From positions 6,262,001-6,326,000 of the forward strand of contig CM102288.1 of assembly GCA_046563655.1 (NCBI GenBank): 64,000 nucleotides of DNA. Direction: 5' to 3'. Position 1 is the first letter of the stretch; the number at the start of each line of letters is the position of its first letter. Positions 49,169-63,490 of the stretch are shown here, in pieces. The notes below the pieces were generated by a model, which ran no database searches, was not told the DNA's origin, and saw only the letters and a program-made list of their open reading frames with translations. The stretch comes from Yuukianura sp. NJ FZ-2021. Its lineage: Eukaryota. The translations under genes were made by a program, and so were the position numbers.

Positions 49169-51484
49169 CCTGCAGACTTGTCAGATGAAAATGGGAGATG
49201 ACGAGATCCGATCCGATTCTAATATCAATCAAACACAAATCGTAAGTTAGATTTAGACGCAACGGTAACGATTAACGATACTTTAGTTAGTGGAGAGGAA
49301 TTAAGCAAATGGTAACTTACTTTAAAGTGACAATGATTGTGATTATTGATCTTACGACTTAAAGTGGGCGGTGACGCAACTGTCGCTGGTAACTGAAGGT
49401 GGTAGGAATAGTTAGTTGAGTGGTGCTGGTAATCGAACGATTAATTAGGTGAATCACCTGTTCTTTCCTTGCAGTGTTTCAGTGGATATGGGACTCAATT
49501 CAAAGAATAAAAATCTACGTTGAAGTACGGAATACCCACCGTGAGTGTATCCTCACAGTGTACTCTGATAGTGGTAACACTGCAAATACAAGTACACTAG
49601 GTGGCGACACATTTTCGGAGACACTTACATGTTACATCATTACATTAGTTCCTTATTGGTTAAAGGAAACTAAGGCAGATGAATTTTTTCCACACAGTAC
49701 ATCCGCTGCACCGACAATTTTCGTAATCACGACGTTGTTATACTATAGTGATTACGATGTTGTGGTTATCAAACTTAAAAAAAAATGGAACAATCTATGG
49801 TAGCCACTTTGTACTTTGTAGTAACAAAAATGGTATTATTTTATAAGTACAATCCACTGCATAATAACAACAAATACAGTGTAAGCTTACTCTAACCAAA
49901 AATAGTTCAACTGCGTCTGACAATCCTGAGTTTGTCAGCGGATTAGTTACCCGATACATTTTGTCCGATTGCGGGAAAATCTCGGTTGCCATAAACCAAT
50001 GCTGAATCAGTTGTGAACACACGCTAGTTTCCCTAACGTTTTCCCTAAAGTTTCCCTAACTACCGAGCGATTACAGCCAGTCGTTACACTTTTGTGATTA
50101 CACATTCAGAACCCTAACATCGTAGTCTGGGTAATCAGCGATTATAATCAGTGAGTGGGTACAGGTAAGATGGCAGTCGTTTCACATGCAAGGTTACAAC
50201 CACTTCTGCCTTCGTGTACTCCAACCAAAAACGTTTTCGGAGACAGACGCTTCTTTGTTCTTTCAGCAAAAGTTATTTTCTCTAACGTTAGTTAATCGTC
50301 CTTAGCTTAATGAAGATAATAACGACTAATGGAGTCATCACTGCTTTCGAACGACTCCAGCCTCCAGTTATCATCAAAGTGGACATTCCAACGGACCAGT
50401 GGGTAAGACGTAGCAAAAACGTATCAAAAACGTAGTAAAAAGAAAATGGCCGGTTATCATGGAAGTGTGCCTGGACAATGGGCAGTCGAACGTACCAATC
50501 GCTAAGTTGTAGCAAAAACGTTTCAAAAACGTAGTACATACAAAGAAAATGGTCGGAGTCCATACGTCGAAGTGGAAAGTGTTTATTTGAGTCGAGTCTA
50601 GAAATCCTAATTAGTTTGTTCTACTTATAGGTATCACATGGACTAGAAGACTAGCACCGCCGTTGTGGTCCTTAACTAATTAGCACCTTCCTCATCTACT
50701 AATTACTTCGCTGCTAACCTACGGACAGGAAGTCTCATATTGATATGCTCTGAGAAGGTAAGCTAACATTACGTTACTCCGCTTCTACCTAATCTTTCTC
50801 TTCTCCGATACTCCAATACGGTACCGAAACTTCTCGGTATCGGCTCGTTAAGGGTAACTTAAAGGTACATTAGACATAGTTTATAATAAGTTAGCTATGT
50901 TGATTGGGTTACATATATGTTCAGGTTTCGACTAATTGGTGGATCAGTTGTTCGAAATCTTGAGTATAGGATGGATGGCCTATTTTTTTTAGAAAATGAA
51001 ATGGTCATATAATTTTTTAAATGCTTTCTCTCAATATGTGAGTGGCCTAATACTTTAAATGTAGAAACGTGTGCCCGTCGTTTTCATCTGTTCCGTCTCT
51101 TGGTCATACGTTTTCGGGGATATGTGGTTTTGCATACCTCCCGCCTGTTGGCCCCCCTCCCCGTGCCATTTTCATACTCATGTTACGTGAAGCCAGGCGC
51201 CCCCCGCCCCCCAGGGAGGGTGCCATGCTAAATGGCTTCCAGAATTTATGTTGATGTGGCTGTCCTTGTCTCAGTTTGGCGCCATTGAGGGAAGTAAGTG
51301 AAGATCTTCTTGCTTGGGAGTAGCCCCCATGAGGAGCTCCTCCTCACCACCCTTCTTCGTCCAGAGCTGAGGACATGGACATGGCTGACATGGGGCTCTT
51401 GACAGGGGAGGACTGGATGAAGTTGATGGCGGGGGGTGGGAGGGGTCGGCTGCCTCCCCCTGGGGGGAGACAGCTCTCCTTATG

Positions 51485-54400
51485 TCATACGATCGTCCCC
51501 GGCAGGTTGAGGGAAGTCGTTGAGGAGATGGTGTCCTCTGGTGGTGTGATTTCGAATCCAATTCCGCCGTTGAGCGTGAGGCGGACTGGACGAGTGGGGG
51601 CGTTGATTGTAGATGGAAGTCCGAGTTCTTCGTGCGACGAGGGTCTGCGTAGACCTAGTCCCTGTCGTAAGGAAGAGCACCGACGTACCAGAATGTCGTC
51701 AGTGGCGTTCATGGGGCGAAGTGAGTTGGAACGAGGGCGCCTAAACACAAAAAAAAATGTTGAGAACAGTCTTATGGAATTTATTTATATCCGAAGCGTG
51801 CATAAATCTTAATATAAGTAACATAAAATGTCTTACTGATTGGGTGAGTCTGGAAGTGAGAGACTGTTGCTCTTGGTGACTGGTTGTCTGGGTGAATGTT
51901 GCTGCGATTGCGTGTAGAGACTGCCTGAACTGGACCTTCTCCTGCCCTCTTTCCCGCTTAAATTTGAAGGTTGTGCGAATAGGTTGAAGCCCAGGGGTTG
52001 CTGTCCCCCTTCTCCATTGAGGGATACGTAGCTCAGTGTGGATTTTCTTCTAGAGTTGTGACGTTCAAACGTTTTCTGGGCCGAAAACGGACTTGGTTTG
52101 ATCAGGTAAATCACGTCTCCCTCCTTCAGTTTCAAATCGCAAGATGGATTCAGAATCACGTAGGAGAAAGAACTTCGTTTTTCAGAGAAATGGAAAGCTG
52201 CGTCTCCGAAATGCGGCAATCCCAAACTCTGCATTCGTGATCTGCGAGAATTGAAAAAAAAGGTTTTAAAGTTTCTAAATCTTTTGTTGTTTTGTTGCTA
52301 AAAATTCATATCGCACCTTAGGCGCGAAAATAGATTCTGGCTCTAACATTTCTTTCACTTACCGAATCAAACTCGCGATTTCGGCGCGTTCTATGAGTTG
52401 GACATGTGAGTCTTTGGTTGAATGTGGTTCCTCCATAGCACCCATGGCGAGCGAAAGATACGAACTCTCGTGACTTCCGCACCCCCCGAGGCAACTTCTA
52501 GCTGTTTTCATGCTTAGACCGCGCATACTCTGCTGCACATTGAGGTGCGGAAGACTCTGTGAAATGGCTCTGATGGTAGGACATCCTGTGTCCTGCTGTT
52601 GTTCAGGGGCGTAACGCCCTGCTGTTCCTTGTTGCTTCAAACTGTCTCCGCCTGCTGTTCCCGTGGGGCTAGACACTTCGCTCCGGGAAGTTCCGAATCC
52701 TTCCGGAGTTTCATCTGAAGCCATTTCCTGCGTTCGGTAAATCCCGATCGGCACTTCACAACTCGTCGAACAGAGTTTCTGGTACAGTCGACCGTAGGTC
52801 CGGATCCAAAGGTCTTCCTTTGCTATTTCCATCTGCAAAATCATCAAAACAATGTTTAATTGCATTCTAATATGTGCCTTTTAAAGGATTCCTAAGAAGT
52901 CTCACGTTGCCCAAACAGCGCTCGAAAGTGTGATAAAATAGTTGAAACAATAAGGAAAATTCAAAACAACAGGAAAATTCAAAGGAATATAAGGAAAACT
53001 GAAACCAATAAGGGACAGTTCAAGCCATTAAGGAAATAGTATAAACAATACGGGAAAATTTAAAATAACATTCCAAGAGTTCAGTATTCAAAGAAAATTA
53101 TTTGTGCAACATTAAGTTTTGTGTTGTAGAAATCAGCGACCGAATCTTAAAAAATGTTTCGGCTATTGTTTTAATGATTGTTTTTTAGCTTTGAGTTCGG
53201 TTGGGGTAACCTGAGAATTTTCTTTTGGAATGTCGCTGGATATGTTGTGGATCAATAAGGTGAAAGTGTGTTTAATGTTTTGTTTTTTTCCTTGGTTTTA
53301 ATGAGCTGGAGAGAAAGTTGTGAGTGAGAGAGAAACAAAAAACAATGGAGCTAACTTTCTGTTTTTTGGTTCTCGAGATGCAGTTTGTATGCTCCGAGAA
53401 AGCAGTTTGTGTCCCTCATGCGAGACCGGGGCTTTATTAGATCATTTTCCGTTCCGGTTTCTGCCTTTTGTTTCATCCAAACACTCTGCCCCCAACTTTT
53501 TTTTTGTCATGAATGTGGGACCAACTTTTATTTTGTCAAGGTGGGGCCTACCTGTCCCACCGCCCGGATAGTAGAAGAGAAATCACGGCCAAGCGGGGGA
53601 ATTGCAATTTGGAGAAAAACAGAAGAAATAACACCGAAAACAAGAGAGTTTTCGGTGTTTCCGAAGTGGAAATGAAGACGCGAGAGATTTAGGAGCCTTT
53701 TTGTCCTTCGGAATTGACATTAAACTTTTAAAGCAGTTTCTCTTGTAAACCAATTCACTCCAATTTAGAAAGGTCACGGGTCATCACTATTTTCGTCTTT
53801 TCCGTCTTCTCTTTTAGTTTTTTTTAGTCTTTTAGTTTTGTTTTACTGGTGACCTAAAAATTGAATCTTTCCCGCTTTTTTTTAATTTCAAGGTCAGAGT
53901 ATAGATTAGGTGAAGGTGGAGGTTTGATTTTGAAATTTGTACACGAAAATGGTTGGTTCCTTGAGCTAGAATGTTCCTTTCAATTTCCCTGTCAGAGAAT
54001 TGACAGGCATGCAAGAATAGGTTGTCAGTGTCAGCGAAAGAGTGGCGTAATCGCTTCACTTTTCTTCTCTCTCCCGCATTTTCTGGTGGCATTTTCGGTT
54101 TTTGAATTTTATACCTTTAGTGGCACAAATAGTCGATGGAAACGACTGCCATTGTGAAAACTATGTTGAAACATGACGTAAAAAATTTTTTACTCCGTTG
54201 GGGTATCATTGTGCGTAGTTATTAGGCGTTTGTGGAAATTGGTCGCAGGGTTTGAGCGTCTACCCTGGCAAAGGGGGACGAGGGTACGAGTTGCACTAGG
54301 TAGAAGATTTTTTTTTGGATTCTTTTTCTCATTTTTACGTAATGTCGAACCTTAGTGGTGAGTTTGTTGAATTTTGGTAATGTCAATGTGTGACTTACGC

Positions 54401-57400
54401 AAGTGAGAAAGCCGGATCCGGGAGCCTGGTCGATCCCTAGGAGGAGACGGACGAATGTGATGAGGTAGTCTTTGACAAAAGCTTGGTACAACAAAGTGTC
54501 CAGCATGGATGCGGAAAAAACGCTTCCGGCGGCAAACGGAAGACGAAACATGTATGAAATGTGACTCCCACGCTCCTTCTCTTTCTAAATTAAAAAACAG
54601 GAATTTTGAAAGTCTTAGCAGGTAGCTTTTCTGTAATATTTTGAGATTTGTCTTTGAAGTTGAAAAAAAGGAACCTTTTCCATGCGTGAGAGGTGGAGAG
54701 CGTATGCATCATGTGCTCTGAACTGCATGAATCTCATGTTGCTGGACTGCGACAGTTCTGTGACGATCTTGATGTGGGGGAAGAAGCGAAACATTGTCTG
54801 TACTGCGACGATTGTGTTGCAGTCTGACAAAGTGTCTTCCTCTGCTGAGTTGGAGAGTTCCTTGTTAACGACGACTACGTTGTCAGCTAGTGTGATTCCT
54901 GCTCTGAGGAGATCATCCAGGTTGTCAATGGATCCACACATCCAGTAGACCATTGGGAAGTGGGACACTGCGTCCAGGAAGGCAGCGTCTGGACGTCGCT
55001 CCAGCAGCAGAATGATTGGATTGAGTCTGGATTTGGGCCGGAAGTGGGCTCGCAGCGGCACAATGAAGTTGTAGATGGCTGTAGAAGCGTAGTCGGCACT
55101 CAGGATGATCGTAGAGTTCTGCCAGTTGTAGTCGTAGGCGTTCCGGTTAGAAGTATGCTCACATGCCTAAAGAAAAACAACATTTTTTGAACAATTTTCA
55201 CTTTTTGGAAACGTTTTTACATTATTTAGGATTGACAGGAATTTTTAAAACATTGAAATTTCCGGAAAATTCATGCATTTATCACAAGATTCACAGAGGC
55301 ATTTATGTCCCTCCATATTTTTTAAGGGACAAGAATTCTACCAGTGCTGGCTGGGGCCTCGCCACAAACCGTTTGAATTTTTTTCTGAAACTTTTTACTT
55401 TTGATTTTGTCGAATTTTAAAATTGTCGGAGAATACATATGGAGGCATTGATGTTCCTCCATATTTTTTAAGGGAGGACAAGAATTATTTCCTTGCTTGC
55501 TGGGGCCTCGCCGCATTTTTTTCTGAAACTCTTGACTTTTGCGTTTTGAATTTGTTTTGGGGTTTACAATTTGAATTTTTTTAAAACTTTTATGCTTTTT
55601 TTTGAGTTACCTGAGCTAGCTGGAGGCAGCAAAGTGGTTTTTTGTCCCTTAGAAGGTAGCATAGAGTGGGGGTGACTCCTATGAAGGGGGCCACTGGGGG
55701 GAATCCCTTGATGACCTTGTTGGAACTGTTGTCTGAAGGGGCCCCCAGCCAAGGGACCTCATCTTCAGCTTCATCATCCGAACCCCCTCCCTCCTCGTCC
55801 CCCTCAACATCCCCCTCCACTGCAAAATCATCGTCAACTGACGACGAAAACGATTCTGGAACAGGCAGAATACTTGGACGACGACTCTCTGTAAAAACAC
55901 AAAAATTTTCGAAATTTTCAACTCAAAATTTCAAAAACTTAAAATTTTGGGGTAATTTTCTTAAAGTTTTCGGTACCTCTCCTGAGTGCGAGATTTGGTG
56001 GGAGTAGCAAGTTGCTTTCAGTTGGTTTGGCCATTTGCGTTAGATGTTTGAGAGCATTTCCAGCCGATTCTTCTCCCACGCCGATCGGTGGTACACCACT
56101 TCTCTGTGCAGTATTTGGAGTGGGCGTTGAATTGGTGACGACTGCCCGTAGTTCTACGTTTTGTGTCGCCAAGGGGACGTTAACAGGAGAGGAGGCGACG
56201 TTGTCGTCAAAGTCAGAGTTTTCCTCTTTTGTGATTGAAAAGTAGAAGCAAATGTCGCTCTTCTGCATGATGTGTCGTGGTCCAGGGTTAAGCAGAATCG
56301 TATCTTCGTAGAATTCGGGTAACTGCGCAGGTCGAACTCCGGTTAAAGCAACGCCATACTTGCGATGTGCATGGAACGACGCATAAGTGAAGCTTTTCCC
56401 TTCGTATTCCCCGAAAAACCGAGAATCCCCTAGCCGAATGTGGTAAACTTCGTTGCCCGAACAGCGACCGTAGAGACGATGCCATTCTTCACGTGAAATC
56501 TGTCCCTCCCTGAAAAAAAAAAATTTCAAAATTTTGTATTTCTGAAATTTCAGTATTTCTACTGTTTTATTGTCTTAGCGGTAGGGTCATGATAACGTTC
56601 CAATTCCATGTTTTGAAGACTAGAGCCTGATATTGCAATTTTTTGCGAGAACTTTTTTTTAAATCTAATTTTTTTTCATACTTGTGTATGAAGGTCAGCT
56701 TTTCACGTGACATATGCTTAGATCACGTGAAAAGCGGAACCATCAATGTCAAGTTTAGGACTGTCTTTGGAATTATTGAAAAGCTCCCGCCTTTTCTGTT
56801 AGCCGGGTATTCTGGAGACGTTGATGGGAGTGACGGGAGGAAATGGAGTGAGAATGAATTCAACCACTCTCCTGTCACTTCCACTTCCAGTCACAGTCAG
56901 CATGTCACATGACTTTCTTGTCACCCGGGTTTTACCCAACCAGAATTAACATAATTCTTATCAAATATGTGACCTTTGACCTTATAATGAAAATGTGACC
57001 TGGTGACGTACCTTCCTCTGGACGTGTGGAGAAGGAGCGTGACGAGGGTGGAGGTTCCCGGGAAGAGGCAGTTGTTGGCGAGGAGTGCATATTTGAACTC
57101 GTCTTCACAGACGACGTGTTCTGCAAATCTGACGTGGATTTTGTTTTCTGGTCTGAAGATTTGAATGTACTGGGGAACTGCAGGGGCGTAGTCTTTGACA
57201 GCCCAGGATCTGAGGATTGTGTGTTCGTCTGCTGCAGTTTTGTCTGCGTAGTTTCTGGCTGCGAGGATGAAACAGGCCTCTGCTTCGTCCATTCTCGCTC
57301 GAACCAAGTCTGCGTCCTTGAGGCATGACCCCTGCAGGTAGATTACACGGGCACTCCAAATAGGGATCTGCAGAATCATGCGCATTGTCGTGTCCAGTTC

Positions 57401-60400
57401 CATTGGAGACAGCAAAACGACGTAGTAATCCTAAAAAACGGGGATTTGAAAAATTTAAGAAGAATTCCATGCTTGCTAACACTTCCGCTCTAGTCTAACG
57501 ATTGGATCTGTAGTAGAATTCATTCAAATTCAGCAGTACTCTAATTTTCGGATGTGATAGAATTGCCAAAAATTCAGCTGTACTCTGTTAGCTGTTTTAG
57601 ACCAATGTTAGTGGATTTTGATTTTCTTCAATAGGTTGGGCAATACCTCATGTTTTTCCGATTTTACAAAAAGTGTTTTTCGATTTCAGGGCATCGTAGT
57701 CGTAAATACCGTCGAATTTTTTAAATTTTGTCTACTTTTTTTTTCATTTTTTTATTTAACAAGCGAAGTAGTACCAAACCCGTTAAAGAAAATTCACTTT
57801 TCGTTATCAAGGAACCTTGTTTTGGAGGTAGTATTTGAATCGTGAAAAATTGAATTTTGGTGGGTATGAGCCTATATTAATATTGACCAACATTTTTGTG
57901 GTGATTCTGACCTGTAGGAGAGGATGTGCGTAGAATTCGTTGAGAAAGTCCATGATTGTGTCTGCGTGGAGAGTTGTTGAGCAGACGACGACATGATGTT
58001 CGTTGTGTGCTCGGTGGGCCGAGTAGGTCCCACCCAGTTTCTGTCTCTCCATCCACGTGAAGGCGAGTTGTTCAAACTGGGTGGGGAGGACGATGAGTGC
58101 TATGCAGATCATGGCCACCATGAAGAGTTGTGATGGCCAAATGTCAGGCACAAAGTCTCCGTAGCCCACGGTGGAGAAAGTGACGACGACAAAGTAGGTT
58201 GCCTGGAAGAGGTTTGGTCGTTTGTGTCCTGCGCGTTGGAAGTGCTGGATGCCGCAGACGGAGGTGAAGACGAGGCAGACGAGTGTGGCTGACAGAATGG
58301 TGAGTTGCTGGGCGAGAGCGGACTGACTGCGTTGCATTGCTCGGTGGAGGTCATTGAACATGTTTTCGAGAGCGTACTTGGCTAGCCAGAGGTTGAGGAA
58401 GACGGGGATAAACATGTTGCGCAGAGGGGAGTGGAACATGGACACAATGAACGGCACGGTCGTCGTCAACTCCAGCACGAATTGGCGCGAAATCACTTGC
58501 TCACACAGGTTCCCCTGCAAAAACATCCAAAAGTTTTAGTTTGGGCCGAAACTAAGAAATTGGATCGAAGAGTTTCAGAAGTTGGATGAAATAGGAATTA
58601 ATTTGCATCGAAAAGTTTCAGATATTTGGGGAAATAGTTACGAATTTGGACCGAAAGGCTCAAAATGTCTAAAAATTGGTTCGAAACGTTGTGTATGGAT
58701 ATGTTTGTGTTTAGGAAATGAGTTTCATTACGTCGGTGTTTTTTTTGCGTGTTTATGAAAGGTTAAAAAAGTTGTGTTTTTGAAATGTGAAAGGTCATTG
58801 TGTCTTTGTGACCTACTTGAAGGATCTGGGTTTGTTTGGATGAGGAAGAAAGACTGGGAAGTTGTAAATTTGTTTGAGTTTGGTTGGCGGAAGGAATGAG
58901 TGACGGGTGGCTGTCAATTTGCGGCTGAGGTGGATCGATGTGTGTCTTCCCTCCATGTTGAGGAAGTGCACATGAAATGTGATCTTTGACCTGGCCCATA
59001 CTTTCCACTTTCTGCAGCTAATCAACAGCATCCCACGCTGAGGTACACTCCTTTCACAATATCCTACACAAAACTTGTATTGCTAGGCAACTACAAAGTT
59101 TCTAAAGTTTTCCCGTCATCAAGCATTATGCATTACATGAAATATTCCTAATACTGTTGGAATATTTGCCATGTTTCATGAAATATCTGGAATATTCCAT
59201 GAAATATCTAAAAATTTCATGAAATATCGCAATATGGTAATACTGTAGAGCTGTAACGGTGATGTAATGTATGCAACCTCTGATATTTGTGCTGAATGGG
59301 CCATTGCTTGAAGGTATTGTGTGATTACATGCGGTGAATGGCCCATTATTCTTTTAGATAGATGCTGCTGGGATTGTGGCTGTTGGGTCGTTGACCTTTG
59401 ACCTTTTGGCTCCTATTTCTGTCTCTCCCTGCCAAACGACTTTCTTTCTTAGACTTAGCTTTTACTATTGTCTTTGTTGGCTTGAGGATGTGTTTTGAGG
59501 CTGAGAGAAAGTAGAAGTTACCTTGTAGCCGAGGTAGGCGAGTAGAATGGACTCCGACAGAGAGATGACTGCAAGGAATATTTGGAGGAGCCACATGTGG
59601 AGGGGCCTCTTGACCCACCAAATGGCGTCCCAGTTGATGATTGGGTTGTCACGGAAACGCTCCTCCGTCAAGTTCAGTGCAGCCTCGTACTCCCACTTCT
59701 CCGTCACCTCGCACCCGTAACTGGAAACATAACATAAAATTCAGCTACTAATAACTGTTCTGACCTATTCTGACCAAATTTTGACCAGCCTGAGCCAAAA
59801 CTGACAATTTCTGACTGGATTTTGACCATTTCTGGCAGCATTCTAACAAAATTACAGTCAAAATGACAGGAGTAGTAGTTGGTTAAGGGATATTTTTAGT
59901 TTTAAGGGTTTTGAGACTAACGAGATTTCGGAATGACTGGGGGAGTGACCTTGACGTTTGAGTGGCGAAATAAGCTCAAATCCCAATTAGTTTTCTTGTG
60001 CTTCCTGCATGAGTCAAAGTGAGTTAGTTGGACTCAATTGAGCAAATCAAAACCACACTTTCACCATAGCAGGAAAACTTCAATCAAAAACTTCCGTCCT
60101 TCACTTTCACTCTTACAAGAAGGGCTTCCAACTCCAAATTCAATCATCTTTTGAAGTTCCCTCCTCCGACTTTACTATTTTGAAGTTTGTTGCTTAATGG
60201 CCTCATTCACGCCCCTAATTGACTTAATCCACGCTCTCTCACCTCAACTCACCACTTTTAGCGGATTTCACGACGTTTAAACTTAGGTTGAGCAGCTTTC
60301 AAACTTCAAAGTCATCTCCTCAATCTTATTTCGTCACAGTATTAATCTTTCAACTTTAGTTTTCACAACTTTTCAAACTTTTATGCAATATTTAAAAAGA

Positions 60401-63400
60401 AAAGGTGTTATAGCATAGCATATATATTTACATCTTCTGGAAATTTAAAAAAAATTTAAGCTTTGATTTTTGGCTGAAGTTTATCCTTATTGTCTTAAAG
60501 TTTCTTCTATTTTGTGAAACTATTGTTTCAAAATTTCTCCTATTGCGATAAACTATTGTCTTAAATTTGTGCTTATTGTTTTAACTCTTCCCCTATTGTG
60601 TCAAACAACTGCTTTCAGCTCTGTGCTTATTGTTTCACACTTGTTTTCAACTTTGTGCTTATTATTTTAACCTTTCTGCTGTTGAGTTAAACTATTGTTT
60701 TAGCCTTTGTACTTATTGTTTTAAATTTTTATTCTTTGGCTAGAAAATCTCTCTAGGGAAGATGTTGATGCAAGGGTAGAGGATATCAAATTACAAATTT
60801 TGCATTTGTAATTTTGTAGTAGCACGTTTGAAGTTTCGAATTTCAGCCGGTGATTTTGTGCCGGCAGAAACTTGAACCGAACTGTGGGCAAATTAGGACT
60901 CCCATACCACGTTTTCTTTGTGGTGGGCAAACAAAGGTTTTTGAAGTTCCGGAAATTCGAAGTTGGGAATCCTGTTAGTTTGATTTGACTTCCTTATGGT
61001 TGGGTGCAGCGTGTTTTCCTTTTGTTTGAAGTGAGAATGAAGTGTAAAGAGTGAGAAAGTGATCTCAGAGGGGGAAAGTGAAAGTGAGAACTCTCTTCTC
61101 TCTCTTTCCCACAATAGCATTTGAGGTGGGAAATAATGCTAATGAGACCACTGTAACGGAAACTAACTCACACCTCCACTTCCGGTCCATTTATTAGCAA
61201 AAAGAGGATTTCGACCAAGTGGTTTCCGCATATGATTAAGAATTGAGAACCCGGGGTTCGATTCCGACTTACTGCAGACTTTTTTTTGACTTTCCTTGTT
61301 TTAGTTTTTCGTGTCTAATGCCATTACTTTCATTTCCGGTGCTTGTAAAACGGAAAAGAGAAATTATTCTGAGTGGTTGTCACATAAGCGTCTAAATACA
61401 TGGCCCGAGGTTCGAATCCTACTCACTGCATACCGTTCAATGCTTTTCTGTGATGATATTTGCTGCATCTTTTTCCTAAGAACTTCTGATACGTTCTTTT
61501 CCGGTACTTTTAGAGAAAAGAGAATTTCGTCAAAGTGGTTGTTGCCAGAGGGCCTAAATTCAGAGCCCGAGGTTCGAATCCTCTTGTCCGTAATCTTTTT
61601 TTCCTTTCCATTTTTCTTAAGAAGTGCCTTTACGTGTGCTATAATGGGGTCGTGGTCGGTTTTAGACAGGTTAAAGGAGTGTTTGATGGTGGAGTGAGAA
61701 ACTGCGGAGAAAGTGATTAGCCTTTGTCCCTGACTCTCAATTGTGGAGCTCCTAAATGTCAATTAGAGCCTGTCATCTCCCCTTTGCTTCGTACTCTGGA
61801 TAGTTACTCCCTCTGCTAATTCCTCAGTTGTTAACACGAGAAGGGAATGGGTGGATGGCGTGCTAAAACCTCATCGCTCCAACCTGCCTCTGTCCGACCA
61901 ATTCCTCTCAGTCCATTGAAGGAAAACCTGCATTAGGTTATGGTTAGGCTGGATAACCTAACTCTGTTGCCTCCAGTGCATGGATCCAGAGACAATTGAG
62001 GCAGAAGGGTTTGAATATTTGATGAGCAGAAAGTGGAGTTAGTAAGTTCTACTTTCTGTGAAACTGGAGGGAGTAACTATTTCTCTCCACTTTCTGTGAA
62101 AGTGGAGGGAGTAACTACTTCCCTCTTAGTTTTGTACCTCAAGTGTCACTCTTCAGTTGCGGTGGAGCAGAAGAGACATTTGTTGTTATGTCAAAGGTGA
62201 GACAGGGATTCACTCTCTTCGTTGCATCACACAAATGATGACCTCCATTATTAACGACAAACCTCCGCAAAAGTTGGAGGCCATTAAAAGGCATCCAGAC
62301 ATCTCACTTTCTCGGACTAAAAGTTTGGAATTTTTTGCCACCTACTTCCTGCCGGGGGAAACTAAAAGAAAAGTGGCCTCCTGAAACAAAAAGTGGCTTG
62401 TATATATCTTCAGATTTGAGAAAAATTATCGTATGAAATGAAAAAAAAATTCGGCGTTCTGTCAGCTGTTAAGATAGTTTTTATGCCAGGGTTTTAAGAA
62501 TTTTGGAATTTTTGCCTCGTGCATTTCTGACAAAAAAAATCAGATCAAACTTGGCTTTCATGTTTGTTTTCCTCAAAAGTTTGGAATTTTCGCCATCCAG
62601 GATTGGCCGGCTAAAACTTTCTCCTAAAACGCTATTTTTTTTTAAGAATTAGGGAATTTAAAGTTTTCAGATCAGCTCCACAGGCTGAACTGAATTTCAC
62701 CTTTTTGTTAGAAAAACATAGAAAGTAAAAAAAAATGGCGGATGGAAGAAAATAGTTTTTTTCTTTCTGTTTCTGCCGGCAAAACTACGGTGAAAGTTTT
62801 GGGCCGAACCGGCGGTAAAGTGGTTGGCTAAATTTTTGAATTTGTTCCGTACGTGAGTATGTGTTGTTGGTATCTCTCTGTGTTTGAAATCCCAGTGTAA
62901 TTAATTACTAATGTCACACTTTCTCTCTGCTCAAATGCAAATGGAATTGTCTCGTGATAGCCACTTTGTCTCATATCTAAGCCTCAACAGATACGACCAC
63001 TTTCTCCCGCCGAAATTGGGGATTCAGAAGGCACTTTTTAGCATTACCTACCATAAAATAGCCTAACATAACAAAATAGTCTAAAATAGCCTAGGTTTCA
63101 CTGCCAGCAGACTTTCACCTCCACAATTATTCCAAGTCGGTGGGAAAAACAAAATTTTGGGGGGCTCTAAAGTATTTTGTTTGGAGCTTTAAAATGCAAA
63201 ACGGTTTTGTGAATACCGTGTTTAGCTCTGGTCACGTCCCACTTTTGGTGGAAAACTTTCACAATTTCACACAACATAAAAAAACTGGAGTGGGAATGGA
63301 ACTGACTTACCAGGTGGCTTGGGAGGGAGCGTCGTCCATTAGGACACGAGCGATGTAGAGGGCGCAAGTGAGTAGTTTGAGTACCATTCTGATGATGCGC

Positions 63401-63490
63401 AGACGCAGACTGGATCTCTGGTTCTTGACAAAGTACAAGTACAGCCGCTCACGCACCGTGTTCTCGTTCACATAGTACTCCACCCGCACT
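51485..63490 (-). CDS. SLO2: Slo2/KCNT sodium-activated potassium channel, multi-exon, 5' end outside the window
   Basis: [30 protein letters not shown], pore TFSTVGYGD, and RCK motifs [70 protein letters not shown]. Last exon ends ...PGTIV* at 51485. Confidence 0.95.
55290..55545. repeat. Two degenerate direct repeats (~147-bp period) in a Slo2 intron
   Basis: gaggcatt(t/g)atgt(c/t)cctccatatttttt...gacaagaatt...gctggggcctcgcc occurs twice; a related gctggggcctcgcc is at ~18736. Confidence 0.6.
61198..61610 (+). repeat. Three tandem degenerate tRNA-like/SINE-like units (~155-160-bp period) in a Slo2 intron
   Basis: Each unit has aaaagag...agtggtt (A-box-like) and ggttcga(t/a)tcc (B box at 61255, 61409, 61571) followed by T-rich tracts. 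No convincing cloverleaf. Confidence 0.55.

Noticed and set aside
49430..51480. Short ORFs between ERH and the Slo2 stop
   Set aside because: There are no recognisable motifs or splice-supported models; most likely Slo2 3' UTR and ERH 5' region.
58813..59037. Candidate cassette exon in a Slo2 intron
   Set aside because: The reading frame ends in TAG and the available donor is out of phase with the next exon; the flanking exons join correctly without it.
61198..61610. Functional tRNA genes
   Set aside because: Acceptor and anticodon stems do not pair convincingly; reported only as tRNA-like repeats.
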